NCBI GenBank assembly: GCA_902384455.1
Contig: CABMCB010000071.1
Coordinates: forward strand, 128,001 to 192,000
Direction: 5' to 3'
Origin: an uncultured archaeon
GTDB lineage: Archaea; Altiarchaeota; Altiarchaeia; IMC4; SCGC-AAA252-I15
DNA length: 64,000 bases
In this document: positions 1 to 10,300 of the stretch, piece after piece
How positions within the stretch are numbered: position 1 is the first letter of the stretch
How the letters are laid out: each line of letters starts with the position of its first letter
Translations under genes and position numbers: made by a program
Notes under the pieces: generated by a model
What the model was told of the DNA's origin: nothing
The model's input: only the letters and a program-made list of their open reading frames with translations
Database searches by the model: none

Positions 1-392
1 GCCGCGTAGGCGAAGGCTACTCCGGAAATCGAGTTGGCCATCGCGTGCCGCCAGCAGCGCCGGCCTTTGTTTGATTGGGCTACGTTAAGTTTGATTTTAT
101 CTTCGATTCTGTGGCGCGACACTATGCTTCCTATGACGAAGAATTCGAGGAGCACCAGGTATCCGTTGAAATTTAGTAGCGCATATACTGCAAACCCCAT
201 GAAGAAGCCGGCGACGGCTCCGGAAACGCTTACCGCCTTCGCCTTGTATGCGCCTATGGCTATCGGGACGTTGATTACGGCGGCAATAATGAGCACTGTC
301 GCAGTCGGAGTCTCCTTTAGAGGGGCAGCTGAAATGAGGAATGCTAATGCGGCGATAAGCCAGATTGCGGCTGTGACGGGAGACGACTTCAT
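1..392 (-). CDS. DUF92/TMEM19-family membrane protein (5' part; runs off window start)
   Basis: Not in the ORF track. Manual translation from ATG at 392 gives MKSSPVTAAIWLIAALAF...AVSVSGAVAGFFMG...FFVIGSIVSRH...KGRRCWRHAMANS. It is hydrophobic and has the DUF92-like 'SGA..G', 'FF..GS' and 'G.R.....AN' motifs. Confidence 0.75.
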   Translation of the reverse strand, partial: MKSSPVTAAIWLIAALAFLISAAPLKETPTATVLIIAAVINVPIAIGAYKAKAVSVSGAVAGFFMGFAVYALLNFNGYLVLLEFFVIGSIVSRHRIEDKIKLNVAQSNKGRRCWRHAMANSISGVAFAYA

Positions 393-431
393 TGTATCAC
401 TTTTAGGGGGGTCTTTATTATTAGTTACCTG

Positions 432-1712
432 ATGGATTCGAACGGTGTCGTTTTCAAAGACGTTGTTTCCGGCAAAGCATACCCCATCGAGGACCGCGTG
501 CGAAGCGACGAAGGGGGCCTACTTGAGGTTTCCTACGACTTTGACGCCTTGAGGGAATGCGTTTCAAAGGAGCTTTTCGACAAGCGCCTTGGTTCCCGCA
601 CTTTTCCTTACGGCAGCGGAGTGTGGCGGTTCAGGGAACTTATCCACCCGCTAGCCGAAGACAAGCACATTGTGAGCCGTCCTGAAGGCAATACCAACCT
701 CTATGCACACCAAAAGTTAAAAACATACGTTGGAGCATCAGCTGCGGCAAAACACGAGGGAGAAAACCCCACAGGCAGCTTCAAAGACCGCGGAATGACG
801 GTGGCAATAACCGAGGCAGTTAGACTTGGAAAACGCTCGGTTGCGTGCGCAAGCACAGGCAACACAAGCGCGTCTGTTGCCGCATACGCAGCTCAAGCTG
901 GGCTTTCTTCAGTTGTTTTCATTCCGGACGGCGAAATCGCATACGGCAAACTAAGCCAAGCGCTCGCTTACGGCGCCAGGGCACTCCAGATTCAAGGCAA
1001 CTTCGACGACGCAATGAGGCTCGTGGAAGACGCAAGTAAGCAGCTCGGCCTCTACCTTCTGAATAGTGTGAATCCGTGGCGTATTGAGGGTCAGAAGTCT
1101 ATTTTCTTTGATTTGCTTCAGCAGCGGCGGTGGAAGGCGCCTGATTGGGTTGTTGTGCCTGCTGGTAATTTGGGTAATATTAGTGCGCTTGGTAAGGCGA
1201 TTTACGAGATGGATGAGTTGGGTCTTCTTGATAAGATTCCTCGGGTTGCGGGTGTGCAGGCTGAAGGTTCAAATCCGTTTTATAGGATGATTAAGGGTTC
1301 GGAGCAGGCGTTGTCTGCCGAGGAGCATCCTAAGACGGTGGCGACCGCGATTAAAATTGGTAATCCCGTCAGCTGGCAGAAGGCGAAGGCGGTGGTCGAG
1401 TATACTGGAGGCGCCGTTGAGTCTGTTTCTGACCAGGAGATTATGGATGCTAAGGCTGTTGTTGACTCGTGCGGCATAGGGTGCGAGCCTGCGAGCGCCG
1501 CGTCTGTTGCTGGGGCTAAAAAGCTTGTGGACGCGGGAGTAATCTCTGAATCCGATGAAGTTGTGTGTGTTCTCACAGGTAACCTGCTTAAGGACCCTGA
1601 CGCCACAGTGAACTACCACCTGAAAAAGCTATCTGGCCTCTCGCCTAAGTATTCTAATGCTCCGGTGAAAATTACGCCTAACGTCAAGGAGGTACGGCAT
1701 TACCTCGCTTAA
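432..1712 (+). CDS. thrC: threonine synthase (PLP-dependent)
   Basis: KHEGENPTGSFKDRG PLP-lysine motif, CASTGNTSAS, PAGNLGN, EPASAA, LTGNLLKDP. Confidence 0.95.
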   Translation: MDSNGVVFKDVVSGKAYPIEDRVRSDEGGLLEVSYDFDALRECVSKELFDKRLGSRTFPYGSGVWRFRELIHPLAEDKHIVSRPEGNTNLYAHQKLKTYVGASAAAKHEGENPTGSFKDRGMTVAITEAVRLGKRSVACASTGNTSASVAAYAAQAGLSSVVFIPDGEIAYGKLSQALAYGARALQIQGNFDDAMRLVEDASKQLGLYLLNSVNPWRIEGQKSIFFDLLQQRRWKAPDWVVVPAGNLGNISALGKAIYEMDELGLLDKIPRVAGVQAEGSNPFYRMIKGSEQALSAEEHPKTVATAIKIGNPVSWQKAKAVVEYTGGAVESVSDQEIMDAKAVVDSCGIGCEPASAASVAGAKKLVDAGVISESDEVVCVLTGNLLKDPDATVNYHLKKLSGLSPKYSNAPVKITPNVKEVRHYLA

Positions 1713-1752
1713 ATAACAGTAACCCATAAACTAAACACAAAGAGGGTGGAAG

Positions 1753-2616
1753 ATGTCTTTCGTCGTATTCGCAGGTCCGAAGTCAACAGACCTGGCATGG
1801 GAAACCGCAAAATACCTTAACGCCGAACAAGGAAAAATAGAGAAACGGCGGTTCCCCGACGGGGAAATGTACCTTAAGCTTGATAGCCAAGTGAAAGGTA
1901 AGGAGTCTGTGGTCGTATCATCCCTAAGGGAAGACGGCGACATACTGGAACTACTGTTTCTGCTCGACCTCCTTAAGGACTCAGGCTCAACTCAAGTCCA
2001 CGCAGTAATACCCTACCTCGCCTACCAACGCCAAGACAAACGCTTCACCCCAAACGAAGCCCTAACGCTCAAAACATTACTCACCCTCATACACGAAGTA
2101 TCCGACTCCATAACCGTAGTGAACGCCCACTTCCTGGACGCGGCAGGGGAATACAACTTCCACAACATACCACTCAAAAACCTCGACGCCACATCCCTAA
2201 TCGTAGAATACTTCAAAAACAAAATAAGAAAACCAATAGTAATCTCACCCGACAAAGGCGCCGTAGCCACCGCCAAATACGCAGCAGAACTACTAAACTG
2301 CTCATTCGACAGCCTAAGCAAAAAACGCATAAGCGGCGAAGAAGTAGTAATCAAACCCAAAAACCTCACCGTAGAAGGCCACGACGTCATAATACTCGAC
2401 GACATAATAAGCACAGGCGGAACACTACTCACTTCCGCGCAAATAATCCGCGGATGGAAACCCAACTCAATAAACGTAGGATGCGTACACGGCCTTTTCA
2501 TGAAGGGGGTCGAGCCTTTTCAAGGAGTCGTAGAGCGCATAGTCGCTACCAACACCGTCGTGAACCCCCTAGCCAAGGTCAGTGTGGCTCCGCTGATAGC
2601 CTCTTCATTAAAGTGA
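1753..2616 (+). CDS. prs: ribose-phosphate pyrophosphokinase
   Basis: FPDGE, PYLAYQRQDKRF, SPDKGA and the ILDDIISTGGT PRPP-binding motif. Confidence 0.95.
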   Translation: MSFVVFAGPKSTDLAWETAKYLNAEQGKIEKRRFPDGEMYLKLDSQVKGKESVVVSSLREDGDILELLFLLDLLKDSGSTQVHAVIPYLAYQRQDKRFTPNEALTLKTLLTLIHEVSDSITVVNAHFLDAAGEYNFHNIPLKNLDATSLIVEYFKNKIRKPIVISPDKGAVATAKYAAELLNCSFDSLSKKRISGEEVVIKPKNLTVEGHDVIILDDIISTGGTLLTSAQIIRGWKPNSINVGCVHGLFMKGVEPFQGVVERIVATNTVVNPLAKVSVAPLIASSLK

Positions 2617-4520
2617 CAACTAGGCGGATTCAGGCTGTCATATTCCTTTGCGGGGCGGCAGTGATGGTCCTCGAACTCGTAGGAAGCCGTCTTATTGCAC
2701 CATTTTTCGGCAACAACCTGTTCGCCTGGACAAGCATCATAGGCGTCATAATGGCGGCGCTGGCCGCAGGATACTACTGGGGTGGGCGGGCTGCGGACAA
2801 AAATCCAAGTTTGGAACGCCTCTCCTTGTATATAATATACGCTGCTGTTTACTTGGTGGCGCTTCCGCGTTTGACTACGGTTATTTACCCTGCTGGTGTA
2901 TTTCTCGGAATCAAGTATGGGGCTCTTCTTTCGGCATTAATACTTCTTGCCGTTCCAAGCTTCTTTTTGGGGACCGTTTCTCCGTATGCGGTCAAAGTGT
3001 CTGCCAAAAAGATGGATAAATTAGGGTCTTCGGCAGGCGACCTTTATGCGCTCTCTACTGTCGGCAGCATAGTAGGAGTATTCCTGTCTGGATTCGTGCT
3101 CATACCGACGTTCTCCCTAAACTCGATAATATACGGGCTGGCGCTAACGTGCCTTTATGCGGCGTATTGCGCAAACCCCGTAAAAAAAAAGATTATCCCT
3201 CTAGCAATAATCCTGTTTGCGTCGGCAGTACTAATCGCCGTCATGTCAATGAAGACGACGTCAAGCGCACTGTTCTTCCCTAATTACTCCGTCATATACG
3301 AACGCGACACCCCCTACAACCACGTCGCAGTCCTAGATTCACCCAACGGAAGCAGACGAGTACTCTCATTCGGAATAGGCGAACAAACCGCGATAGACAC
3401 CAAAACAGGGGAATCATTAAACCACTATACGCACTTTATAGACCTTTCGCTACTGCTGAAGCCGACCGCCCCAAAAACGCTGTTCTTAGGCGGAGGAGGA
3501 AGCGCAATGCCCACATCATTCCACCGCCGCTTCCCAACAATGAAAATCGACGTCGTAGACATAGACCCTGAAGTAAACAAAGCAGCGCAAAAATACTTCA
3601 ACGCCACACCAGACGAAAACCTACGATTCCACGACGAAGACGCCCGAATGTTCCTAAGAAAAACCGACGAAAAATACGACATTGTAGTCTGGGACCTATT
3701 CTCTGACGGAGGATCAATACCCTTCCACACAGACACCCAAGAATACTTCAACGAACTCTCAACACACCTAACAGACGACGGAGTACTCGCAATAAACATC
3801 ATATCCGCAGTAGAAGGCCCTGCTTCAGGCATCCTTACCGCAAACGTAAAAACACTCAAAACAATCCTCCCAAACGTCTACGTATTCCCCATAGACTTCA
3901 TTCCCGCAAGACCCCAAAACGTAATCGTCATAGCCACAAAACAAAAAAACAACTACGACCTAAACGACTGGCTGAAAAAAGCATCCGAACAAGCCACAAC
4001 CCCAACCGGAAACCTTACAATATACGCCCTAAGCCTACGAACAAACCCGCTAGACTTAGACAACGCACCGATACTTACCGACCAAAACTCACCCCACGAT
4101 GCATTAATGTCCGAAGTCCTAACATCCTACAGACAAGAAATGCCAAAAACGTGTTTCTCCGTTGGCATATGCATAGACACGGAAATAGTCAAAACACCAG
4201 AAAAACAACAACTAGGACTAATGAACCGCGGCCCCTACTGGTGGATGAACCATGAAACTGGAATGCTCTTCCCCATGAACAACCCCACAACAGGCCCCTT
4301 CTGGATGAAAAACATGCGGATGCCCATCGACATAATATGGATAGGAGAAAACAGCCGCGTTGTGGGAATAACATCTGAAGCCCAACCCTGCGAAAAAGAG
4401 CCGTGCCAACTATACTACCCCCCCGCGCCATACAAATGGGCGCTGGAAGCACCGCCCGGATACGCCAAAAAACACAACCTGCAAGAAGGCGCACAAATAC
4501 AGCTGCCAGACCAAAACTAA
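2613..4520 (+). CDS. membrane-fused spermidine-synthase-like SAM-dependent protein with C-terminal DUF192 domain
   Basis: Start reassigned to GTG 2613 (GTGA overlap with the prs stop). N-terminal TM block (MVLELVGSRLIAPFFG, GDLYALSTVGSIVG), then LGGGG/VDIDPEV/EDAR/YDIVVWD methyltransferase fold, then GLMNR..GMLF..FWMKNMRMPIDIIWI..ALE (DUF192). Confidence 0.85.
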   Translation: MTTRRIQAVIFLCGAAVMVLELVGSRLIAPFFGNNLFAWTSIIGVIMAALAAGYYWGGRAADKNPSLERLSLYIIYAAVYLVALPRLTTVIYPAGVFLGIKYGALLSALILLAVPSFFLGTVSPYAVKVSAKKMDKLGSSAGDLYALSTVGSIVGVFLSGFVLIPTFSLNSIIYGLALTCLYAAYCANPVKKKIIPLAIILFASAVLIAVMSMKTTSSALFFPNYSVIYERDTPYNHVAVLDSPNGSRRVLSFGIGEQTAIDTKTGESLNHYTHFIDLSLLLKPTAPKTLFLGGGGSAMPTSFHRRFPTMKIDVVDIDPEVNKAAQKYFNATPDENLRFHDEDARMFLRKTDEKYDIVVWDLFSDGGSIPFHTDTQEYFNELSTHLTDDGVLAINIISAVEGPASGILTANVKTLKTILPNVYVFPIDFIPARPQNVIVIATKQKNNYDLNDWLKKASEQATTPTGNLTIYALSLRTNPLDLDNAPILTDQNSPHDALMSEVLTSYRQEMPKTCFSVGICIDTEIVKTPEKQQLGLMNRGPYWWMNHETGMLFPMNNPTTGPFWMKNMRMPIDIIWIGENSRVVGITSEAQPCEKEPCQLYYPPAPYKWALEAPPGYAKKHNLQEGAQIQLPDQN

Positions 4521-4521
4521 A

Positions 4522-5169
4522 TCACCAACCGTCTTCCCCAACAAGAGGGACAAAAACAACCCCGCCCAAACTCCTACGCGAAACACCCGCCCCCGACTTC
4601 TCAACCAAAAAAAGCTCCTGAAAACCCCTACCCCCAACAGGCACAAGCAACATACCCCCAACCTTAAGCTGAGAAACCAAAGCAACCGGAACACCAGGCG
4701 CACCCGCAGTAACCAAAACACGATCAAAAGGAGCATCAGAGGGCCACCCCAACGAACCATCGCCCACAACCACCTTAACGTTTCCATACCCCAAGTCCGC
4801 AAGTCGCTTCCTCGCCAAATCAGCCAACTCCGGAATGCGTTCCACCGTGACAAGAGAACCCTCGCCATTAAGCAACACAGACAACACCGCCGCCTGATAG
4901 CCGCTGCCGCAACCCACCTCAAGAACATTCTGCCCTGGCTTCACGTCCAACGACTCAGTCATCAAGGCGACCATGTGCGGAGCACTTATGGTCTGACCCA
5001 AACCCACAGGCAAAGGACAATCCTCATAAGCGTTCTGCCTCACTTCATCCGGAACAAAAAGATGGCGAGGCACCCGCATAAGAGCGTCCCTCACGGCAGG
5101 AGAACGCACAATACCCTGGCGCTCAAGCTGAGTTATAAGACGACGACGCTGCCAATCAAAATCCGCCAT
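4522..5169 (-). CDS. pcm: protein-L-isoaspartate O-methyltransferase
   Basis: VPRHLFVP, GQTISAPHMVA, VLEVGCGSGY, GDGSLG, PFDRV, VVFVPLVG. Start reassigned to ATG 5169 (MADFDW). Confidence 0.93.
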   Translation of the reverse strand: MADFDWQRRRLITQLERQGIVRSPAVRDALMRVPRHLFVPDEVRQNAYEDCPLPVGLGQTISAPHMVALMTESLDVKPGQNVLEVGCGSGYQAAVLSVLLNGEGSLVTVERIPELADLARKRLADLGYGNVKVVVGDGSLGWPSDAPFDRVLVTAGAPGVPVALVSQLKVGGMLLVPVGGRGFQELFLVEKSGAGVSRRSLGGVVFVPLVGEDGW

Positions 5170-5536
5170 ACTTCTCGCGCAACCTCTTAACCACGTCCTT
5201 ACTACTGTTAGAACTAAAAGTCTCCGGCTCGATACCCGCCGCCTTATCCTGGGCCGCCTTAATCTTCCGCTGCATCTCAGCATACTGGTCATGCACAGGA
5301 TCACTGGACGCATTACCCCCCCCAAAACCCGCGTCAGCAGGAGGCTTAAAATGCACATCCTCCTTCACGTTACCCAAAGGCGCAGAACGGCCAGTCATAC
5401 TCGCAAACCTATCTTCCCTAAGAGCAGAACCCCCTCCGAACCCGTGGCTTCCGCCCAATCCAGAACCTAATCCGCCCATCATCCGCCTAGGCGGGGGTGG
5501 TGAAGTGGCCATATCAAATACGAATTCAACGCCCAC
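5156..5536 (-). CDS. hypothetical Gly/Pro-rich protein
   Basis: Fills the gap between uppP and pcm on the same strand with abutting or overlapping ends. The start could be the later MATSPPPP. Confidence 0.55.
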   Translation of the reverse strand: MGVEFVFDMATSPPPPRRMMGGLGSGLGGSHGFGGGSALREDRFASMTGRSAPLGNVKEDVHFKPPADAGFGGGNASSDPVHDQYAEMQRKIKAAQDKAAGIEPETFSSNSSKDVVKRLREKYGGF

Positions 5537-6334
5537 CTAAAAATAAGGCAAAACAGAAAGCAACACGGCAAAAGAACCGAAAACAATGCAGAAAACGTCA
5601 AAACGAATCTTATGCGCCAAACCCAAAAGCACGTCAAGAGTCAAATAACCGAAAACAAACGCCGCCAAAACCCCCGTAGCCGCAACCTGGAAAGAAACGA
5701 CTGAAAAGCCGGACTTAATAAACTCCAAGCCAAGAAGCCCGAAAACAGCAGGAGCAGACATAATAAAACTCATCCGCAAAGCCTCATCCTGCCGGAAACC
5801 CCGCGAAAGAAAAGCGGCAACAGTAGTCCCAGACCGCGAGATGCCCGGAACAACGGCAATGCCCTGAATCACGCCCAAAAAAACCATGTCGCTAAGCCGA
5901 GCAGACTGAACATCCCTAAGCCCCTGAGGCAGACGGCGCCCACGATAAATAACCAACCCCGTCACAACAAGAAACAAGCCGACAAGCCCAGTCACAACCT
6001 CCCCGTTGAACGAACCGAAAGACTCATGCAAAAGAAGGAAAACAGGCGTGCCAACAACCGCCGTAGTCAAAGTCCCAACAACAACAAAACGCAATGTGCT
6101 GCCGCTTCGCGCCTCACCCGGCGCAAGAAGCATCATCCGAATATCGTCCTTAAACTTGATGAGCACCGCCAAAAGAGTGCCAGCATGCAAGTAAAAAGCC
6201 CACTCCAAAGCCGCCTGAGGGTCAACATGAAGCAGCCGAGTCAAAATCAATACGCTCTGGCCTGAAGAGCTTACGGGAAGCCACTCCAGAACGCCCTGCA
6301 AAGCACCTAAAAGAAACACCGAAACAGTATCCAT
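5537..6334 (-). CDS. uppP: undecaprenyl-diphosphate phosphatase (BacA/UppP family)
   Basis: QGVLEWLPVSSSG, LHAGT, QGIAVVPGISRSGTT motifs; multi-pass membrane protein. Confidence 0.9.
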   Translation of the reverse strand: MDTVSVFLLGALQGVLEWLPVSSSGQSVLILTRLLHVDPQAALEWAFYLHAGTLLAVLIKFKDDIRMMLLAPGEARSGSTLRFVVVGTLTTAVVGTPVFLLLHESFGSFNGEVVTGLVGLFLVVTGLVIYRGRRLPQGLRDVQSARLSDMVFLGVIQGIAVVPGISRSGTTVAAFLSRGFRQDEALRMSFIMSAPAVFGLLGLEFIKSGFSVVSFQVAATGVLAAFVFGYLTLDVLLGLAHKIRFDVFCIVFGSFAVLLSVLPYF

Positions 6335-6421
6335 AACACAGGATTTTTAAGTAAAGCCCCCCCTAATACATATCCGCGCGAACAAAAGAAACATTCTTCA
6401 CCCGCGCATAAAAACACGCAT

Positions 6422-6494
6422 GGGCCCGTAGCTCAGTTGGTAGAGCACCCGGCTTTTAACCGGGGGGTCACGGGTTCGAAACCCGCCGGGCCCG
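6422..6494 (+). tRNA. tRNA-Lys(UUU), intronless, CCA not encoded
   Basis: Acceptor stem GGGCCCG/CGGGCCC, D arm GCTC-AGTTGGTA-GAGC, anticodon arm CCCGG-CTTTTAA-CCGGG, T loop TTCGAAA; one A-C mismatch at the T-stem base. Confidence 0.95.
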
Positions 6495-6743
6495 CTAGAG
6501 CCCCTTTTCTTTTCCAAAGAAAAGGTGCGACGAAGACCCAAAGTCTTCGTGCACACGAATTCCCGCGGAATTCGTCGTGCTTCACCCCCAAAAGAAAGTT
6601 CGGCGGCTACGCCGCCTCAAACAACCCTGATTTCTCACAAATGCAAGGGAGGTATCGGAACACTACCGACCAAAGGTCGGTGTGCGCAGCGACAAAGTCG
6701 CTCGCGCCGTAGGTTCTGATTTAGAAACCCGCCGGGCCCGCTA
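6478..6743 (+). repeat. 20-bp direct repeat of tRNA 3' end (GAAACCCGCCGGGCCCGCTA) at 6478-6497 and 6724-6743
   Basis: Exact match read from the sequence. Confidence 0.95.
6498..6723. mobile_element. putative non-autonomous palindromic mini-element (or integrative-element scar) inserted at tRNA-Lys
   Basis: Bounded by att-like direct repeats; contains six near-perfect short hairpins and no credible ORF. Confidence 0.55.
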
Positions 6744-6754
6744 CAAACATTAAA

Positions 6755-7225
6755 TCAATTCCGATTAAGCAATCTCAGGTAATCGGGGATTAACCGCGGC
6801 GTCTTCTTCATATACCCTACATATTCCCCGTCAAACAGGTCCTTCAAAGCGTTTTCTTCCAAAATCATCCACCCGAACATGACCACAGTAAGCCAAACAG
6901 CCGACGCAAGCACGTTCACGCGGGGGAACGCAACGAACACCCCCCACGCAAGAAAAATGTCAGCGGAATAAATAGGATGGCGGACCAGCCGATACGGCCC
7001 ATCAGTCACAATCCGCGTCACCTGCCCTGCACTCTTAGAGGCGTCTCGGTTGTAAAACAAAGCCCAACTGAAAAAGACAATCCAGTTGGCAAGCGCAACA
7101 ACCGAAAACAGAAAAAACCGGTCCAAATTAAACAACTCCCGCGATGAAAAAAAACGCAAAAAAAAGAATACTCCCACCACGATTATAAACCACATAACCC
7201 GGGGAGAAACCAACCTGAACCGCAC
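6755..7225 (-). CDS. isoprenylcysteine carboxyl methyltransferase (ICMT/PEMT) family membrane protein
   Basis: IVTDGPYRLVRHPIYS, EENAL..F..EY..Y...TPRLIP. Confidence 0.85.
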   Translation of the reverse strand: MRFRLVSPRVMWFIIVVGVFFFLRFFSSRELFNLDRFFLFSVVALANWIVFFSWALFYNRDASKSAGQVTRIVTDGPYRLVRHPIYSADIFLAWGVFVAFPRVNVLASAVWLTVVMFGWMILEENALKDLFDGEYVGYMKKTPRLIPDYLRLLNRN

Positions 7226-7369
7226 ATCAATAAATCAACGCGCAAAAATAAATCAAAAACGGCAGTCACCCGACGATAAACTGGCAAAGCCCCTACTCAC
7301 CAGCCTTTTTTATTGGTGCCGCATAAATCCATTAAAGACCTTTTTAAGGGCCCTCTTTGGTGAAATACT

Positions 7370-10300
7370 ATGCGAACGAAAGTTGTTTTTGAGTTGCTTA
7401 TCCTCGTGCTTTTGTCTGGATGCGCAAGCGCCGACTGGACTTACGTATCCTCATGCGGGACGATACACAACGACACGAGACTAACCGCGGACATAAACAC
7501 ATCAGGCACATGCTTCACGTTCGCCGCAGGCAACGCCAAACTGGACTGCCAAAACCACATAATATCCGGCAACAGCTCACACCACTCCGCCGACGGTATA
7601 GCAGTCGACGGCTTCAATAACGTAACCATCGTCAACTGCGACGTAAGAAACTTCGCATATGGCATAGTAATTTCCAACATCAATCGTTTTACTTTAGCCA
7701 ACAACAGCGTGCAGGGCGGATTCTATAACGCACTATTTTTCTCTTATGCCACAAACGGCGTAATACAAAACAACCGCGCATTACTCAACAATATAGGTCA
7801 GCCTGTAATGGCGCTGAATTACGGCGGCAACAACCTTATTGTCGACAACCTATTCTACAACAACACCGGTTCCGAGCAAATCCGGATGGAAGGAAACACC
7901 TCCCACAACACAATAGTCCACAATACCCTCGTCTACGGCGGCACCGGCTTCAGCGACGCAGGCTCCTCATACAACAACATATCCGACAACGCAGTCTGCG
8001 AGCATAGCACATACGACTTCAGCGACTTCAGTGGATTCCCACAAACCAACTTCGGAAGAGACAACAGCTGCGCCGCAACAAGCAACTGGAACGACACCGG
8101 CATTTCAGGCTGCACCTACACCTGCGAAGGTATAACTCAATGCGGAGAAATTTACCACAGCGTAGAATTACAAACCGACTTGATTTCAAACGGCACATGC
8201 ATAACGTTAAACCTAAACCCAAACGGCATAACAGTAGACTGCGGCGGCCACATAATATTGGGGAACGGCTCGGGAACTGGAATATATGTGCCTGTGAACA
8301 ATGCCTCAATAAAAAACTGTGATGTCAGGAATTTCACGGAAGGCATATTCCTAAATAATTCAATAAACTCGACCGTATCAGACAACACATTACGCTCAAA
8401 CCTCGAATACCCCCTTTACCTAACTTCAGCGTCCAGAAGCGAAATAAGCGGAAACAGACTTTTCAACAACCAACGGGGCATAGTACTGGACGATTCCACC
8501 GACAACATAGTCCACGACAACCTGGCGGCATACAACAGCAACAACCAAATCAGGGTGTGGTACGAAAGCGTACGAAACGTCATAAACCACAACGTCCTCC
8601 TAGACGGCTCAGGCAACGGCATACTCATGAATGAAGGCGCCAACAACAACTACACCAACAACTTAGCATGCGGCAACAGCGGCGGAGACATATGGGTCAT
8701 GACCGCGAACATAACCAACGTAGGCTACCAAAACACATGCAGCACGCCACACATGTGGGACGACGTAGGCGCAACCGGCTGCACCAACCCCTGCTCCGCG
8801 TACGCCTACGCAATAAACTGCGGAAACATATCCCAAAACACCATTCTTGCCGTAGACGCATCAGCCAACGGCACATGCTTCACCATCACAGCAGACAACG
8901 TAACCCTCGACTGCGCCGGCCACAAAATCACAGGCAACAACGCAACAAGCAGCTACGGCGTCTACATAGCAAAAAACAACGTGGCGGTGAAAAACTGCGA
9001 AATAACAAACTTCAGCAGCGGAACATACATGACCTCCGTAACCGGAGGACTCATATACAACAACACCGCCCACCACAACGGCGGATCCCCTCTTGCCGGA
9101 GGAATATACACGTTCAACTCAAAATGGGTTAACATAACGCACAACACAGCCTACAGCCAGTACCGGGGAATACGGATTTACAGCCCCCCAAACACAACCT
9201 ACATAGAAGACAACCTTGTGCACAACAACTACGACGGAATAGAAGTCGACGGCACCAACTCACTCAACACCCAAATAACGCGAAACAACGCATCAGGAAA
9301 CTCCATAGGAATAACCCTCACATCCGCAGGCTCATCCAACTTCACGGCCGCCTACAACACATTCTGCGGCAACACCATATATGATACAGAAAACATATCG
9401 AACCCTCTGACAAGCAGCGCCTCCAACAACACATGCGACACAGCCCTCAACTGGTTCGACAACACAGTCTCGCCTGCCGGCTGCACATTCGCCTGCAACG
9501 GAACCGCAATAAGAGGATGCGCTACACTAACCCGAAACACAACATTGGCAAGAGACGTCAACGCCACATACTCCTGCATCCGGATAGACCAAGACGACGT
9601 AACATTCAACTGCCAAAACAACACCCTAAACGGAATAGCAACAGGCATAGGAATATTCGTCACCGGCTCAAACGACCACATAAGAAACTGCATCATAAAC
9701 AACTTCAGCACAGGAATCCAATTCAACGGCGCAATATCCGGAAGCTCACTGGAAACAAGCACAGTCAAAAACAACCTAAACAACGGCGTATACCTATCCG
9801 GAACATCCCTCGGAGTCACAGTAACAGGCAACACACTCCTATCAAACAAATGGCACGGCCTGCAGGCAATACAATGGGCTGACAACAACGTAATTTCAGG
9901 CAACAATGCTTTCCTTAATTGGTGGAGTGGAATTGCGCTCAACACCGTAGGAAACACCGTTTTAGAAAATAACGCGTCCTACAATGTCTTCCACGGCATA
10001 CACATCGGAAGCAACAACACAATAATAAGCAATGAGCTGCGATACAACAACGACACCGGAATATACATAGACGGGGGCGCATTCAACAACATAACCGGCA
10101 ACACCGTAGTAGGCAACATCAAAAACGGCGTCCTAATGCGCTCAAACGCCAGCGGCAACGTTCTGCGAAGCAACGTCTTCTGCCTAAACGTCATAAGAGA
10201 CGTAAACAACAGCATACCAACACTCAACTCCGGCTCAAGCAACACCTGCGACACATACTACGGCTGGAACGACGCAGGATACACCGGCTGCAAATACCCC

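Noticed and set aside
34-432. 132-aa + strand ORF
   Set aside because: Antisense shadow of the DUF92-like gene on the minus strand (1-392), which has recognisable motifs.
392-432. Thr-rich leader peptide upstream of thrC (sought by analogy with leuA)
   Set aside because: Only 39 bp separate the divergent start codons, leaving no room for a leader.
6437-6719. 91-aa and 64-aa ORFs over the tRNA and its insert
   Set aside because: They overlap the tRNA and palindromic DNA and show no protein motifs.
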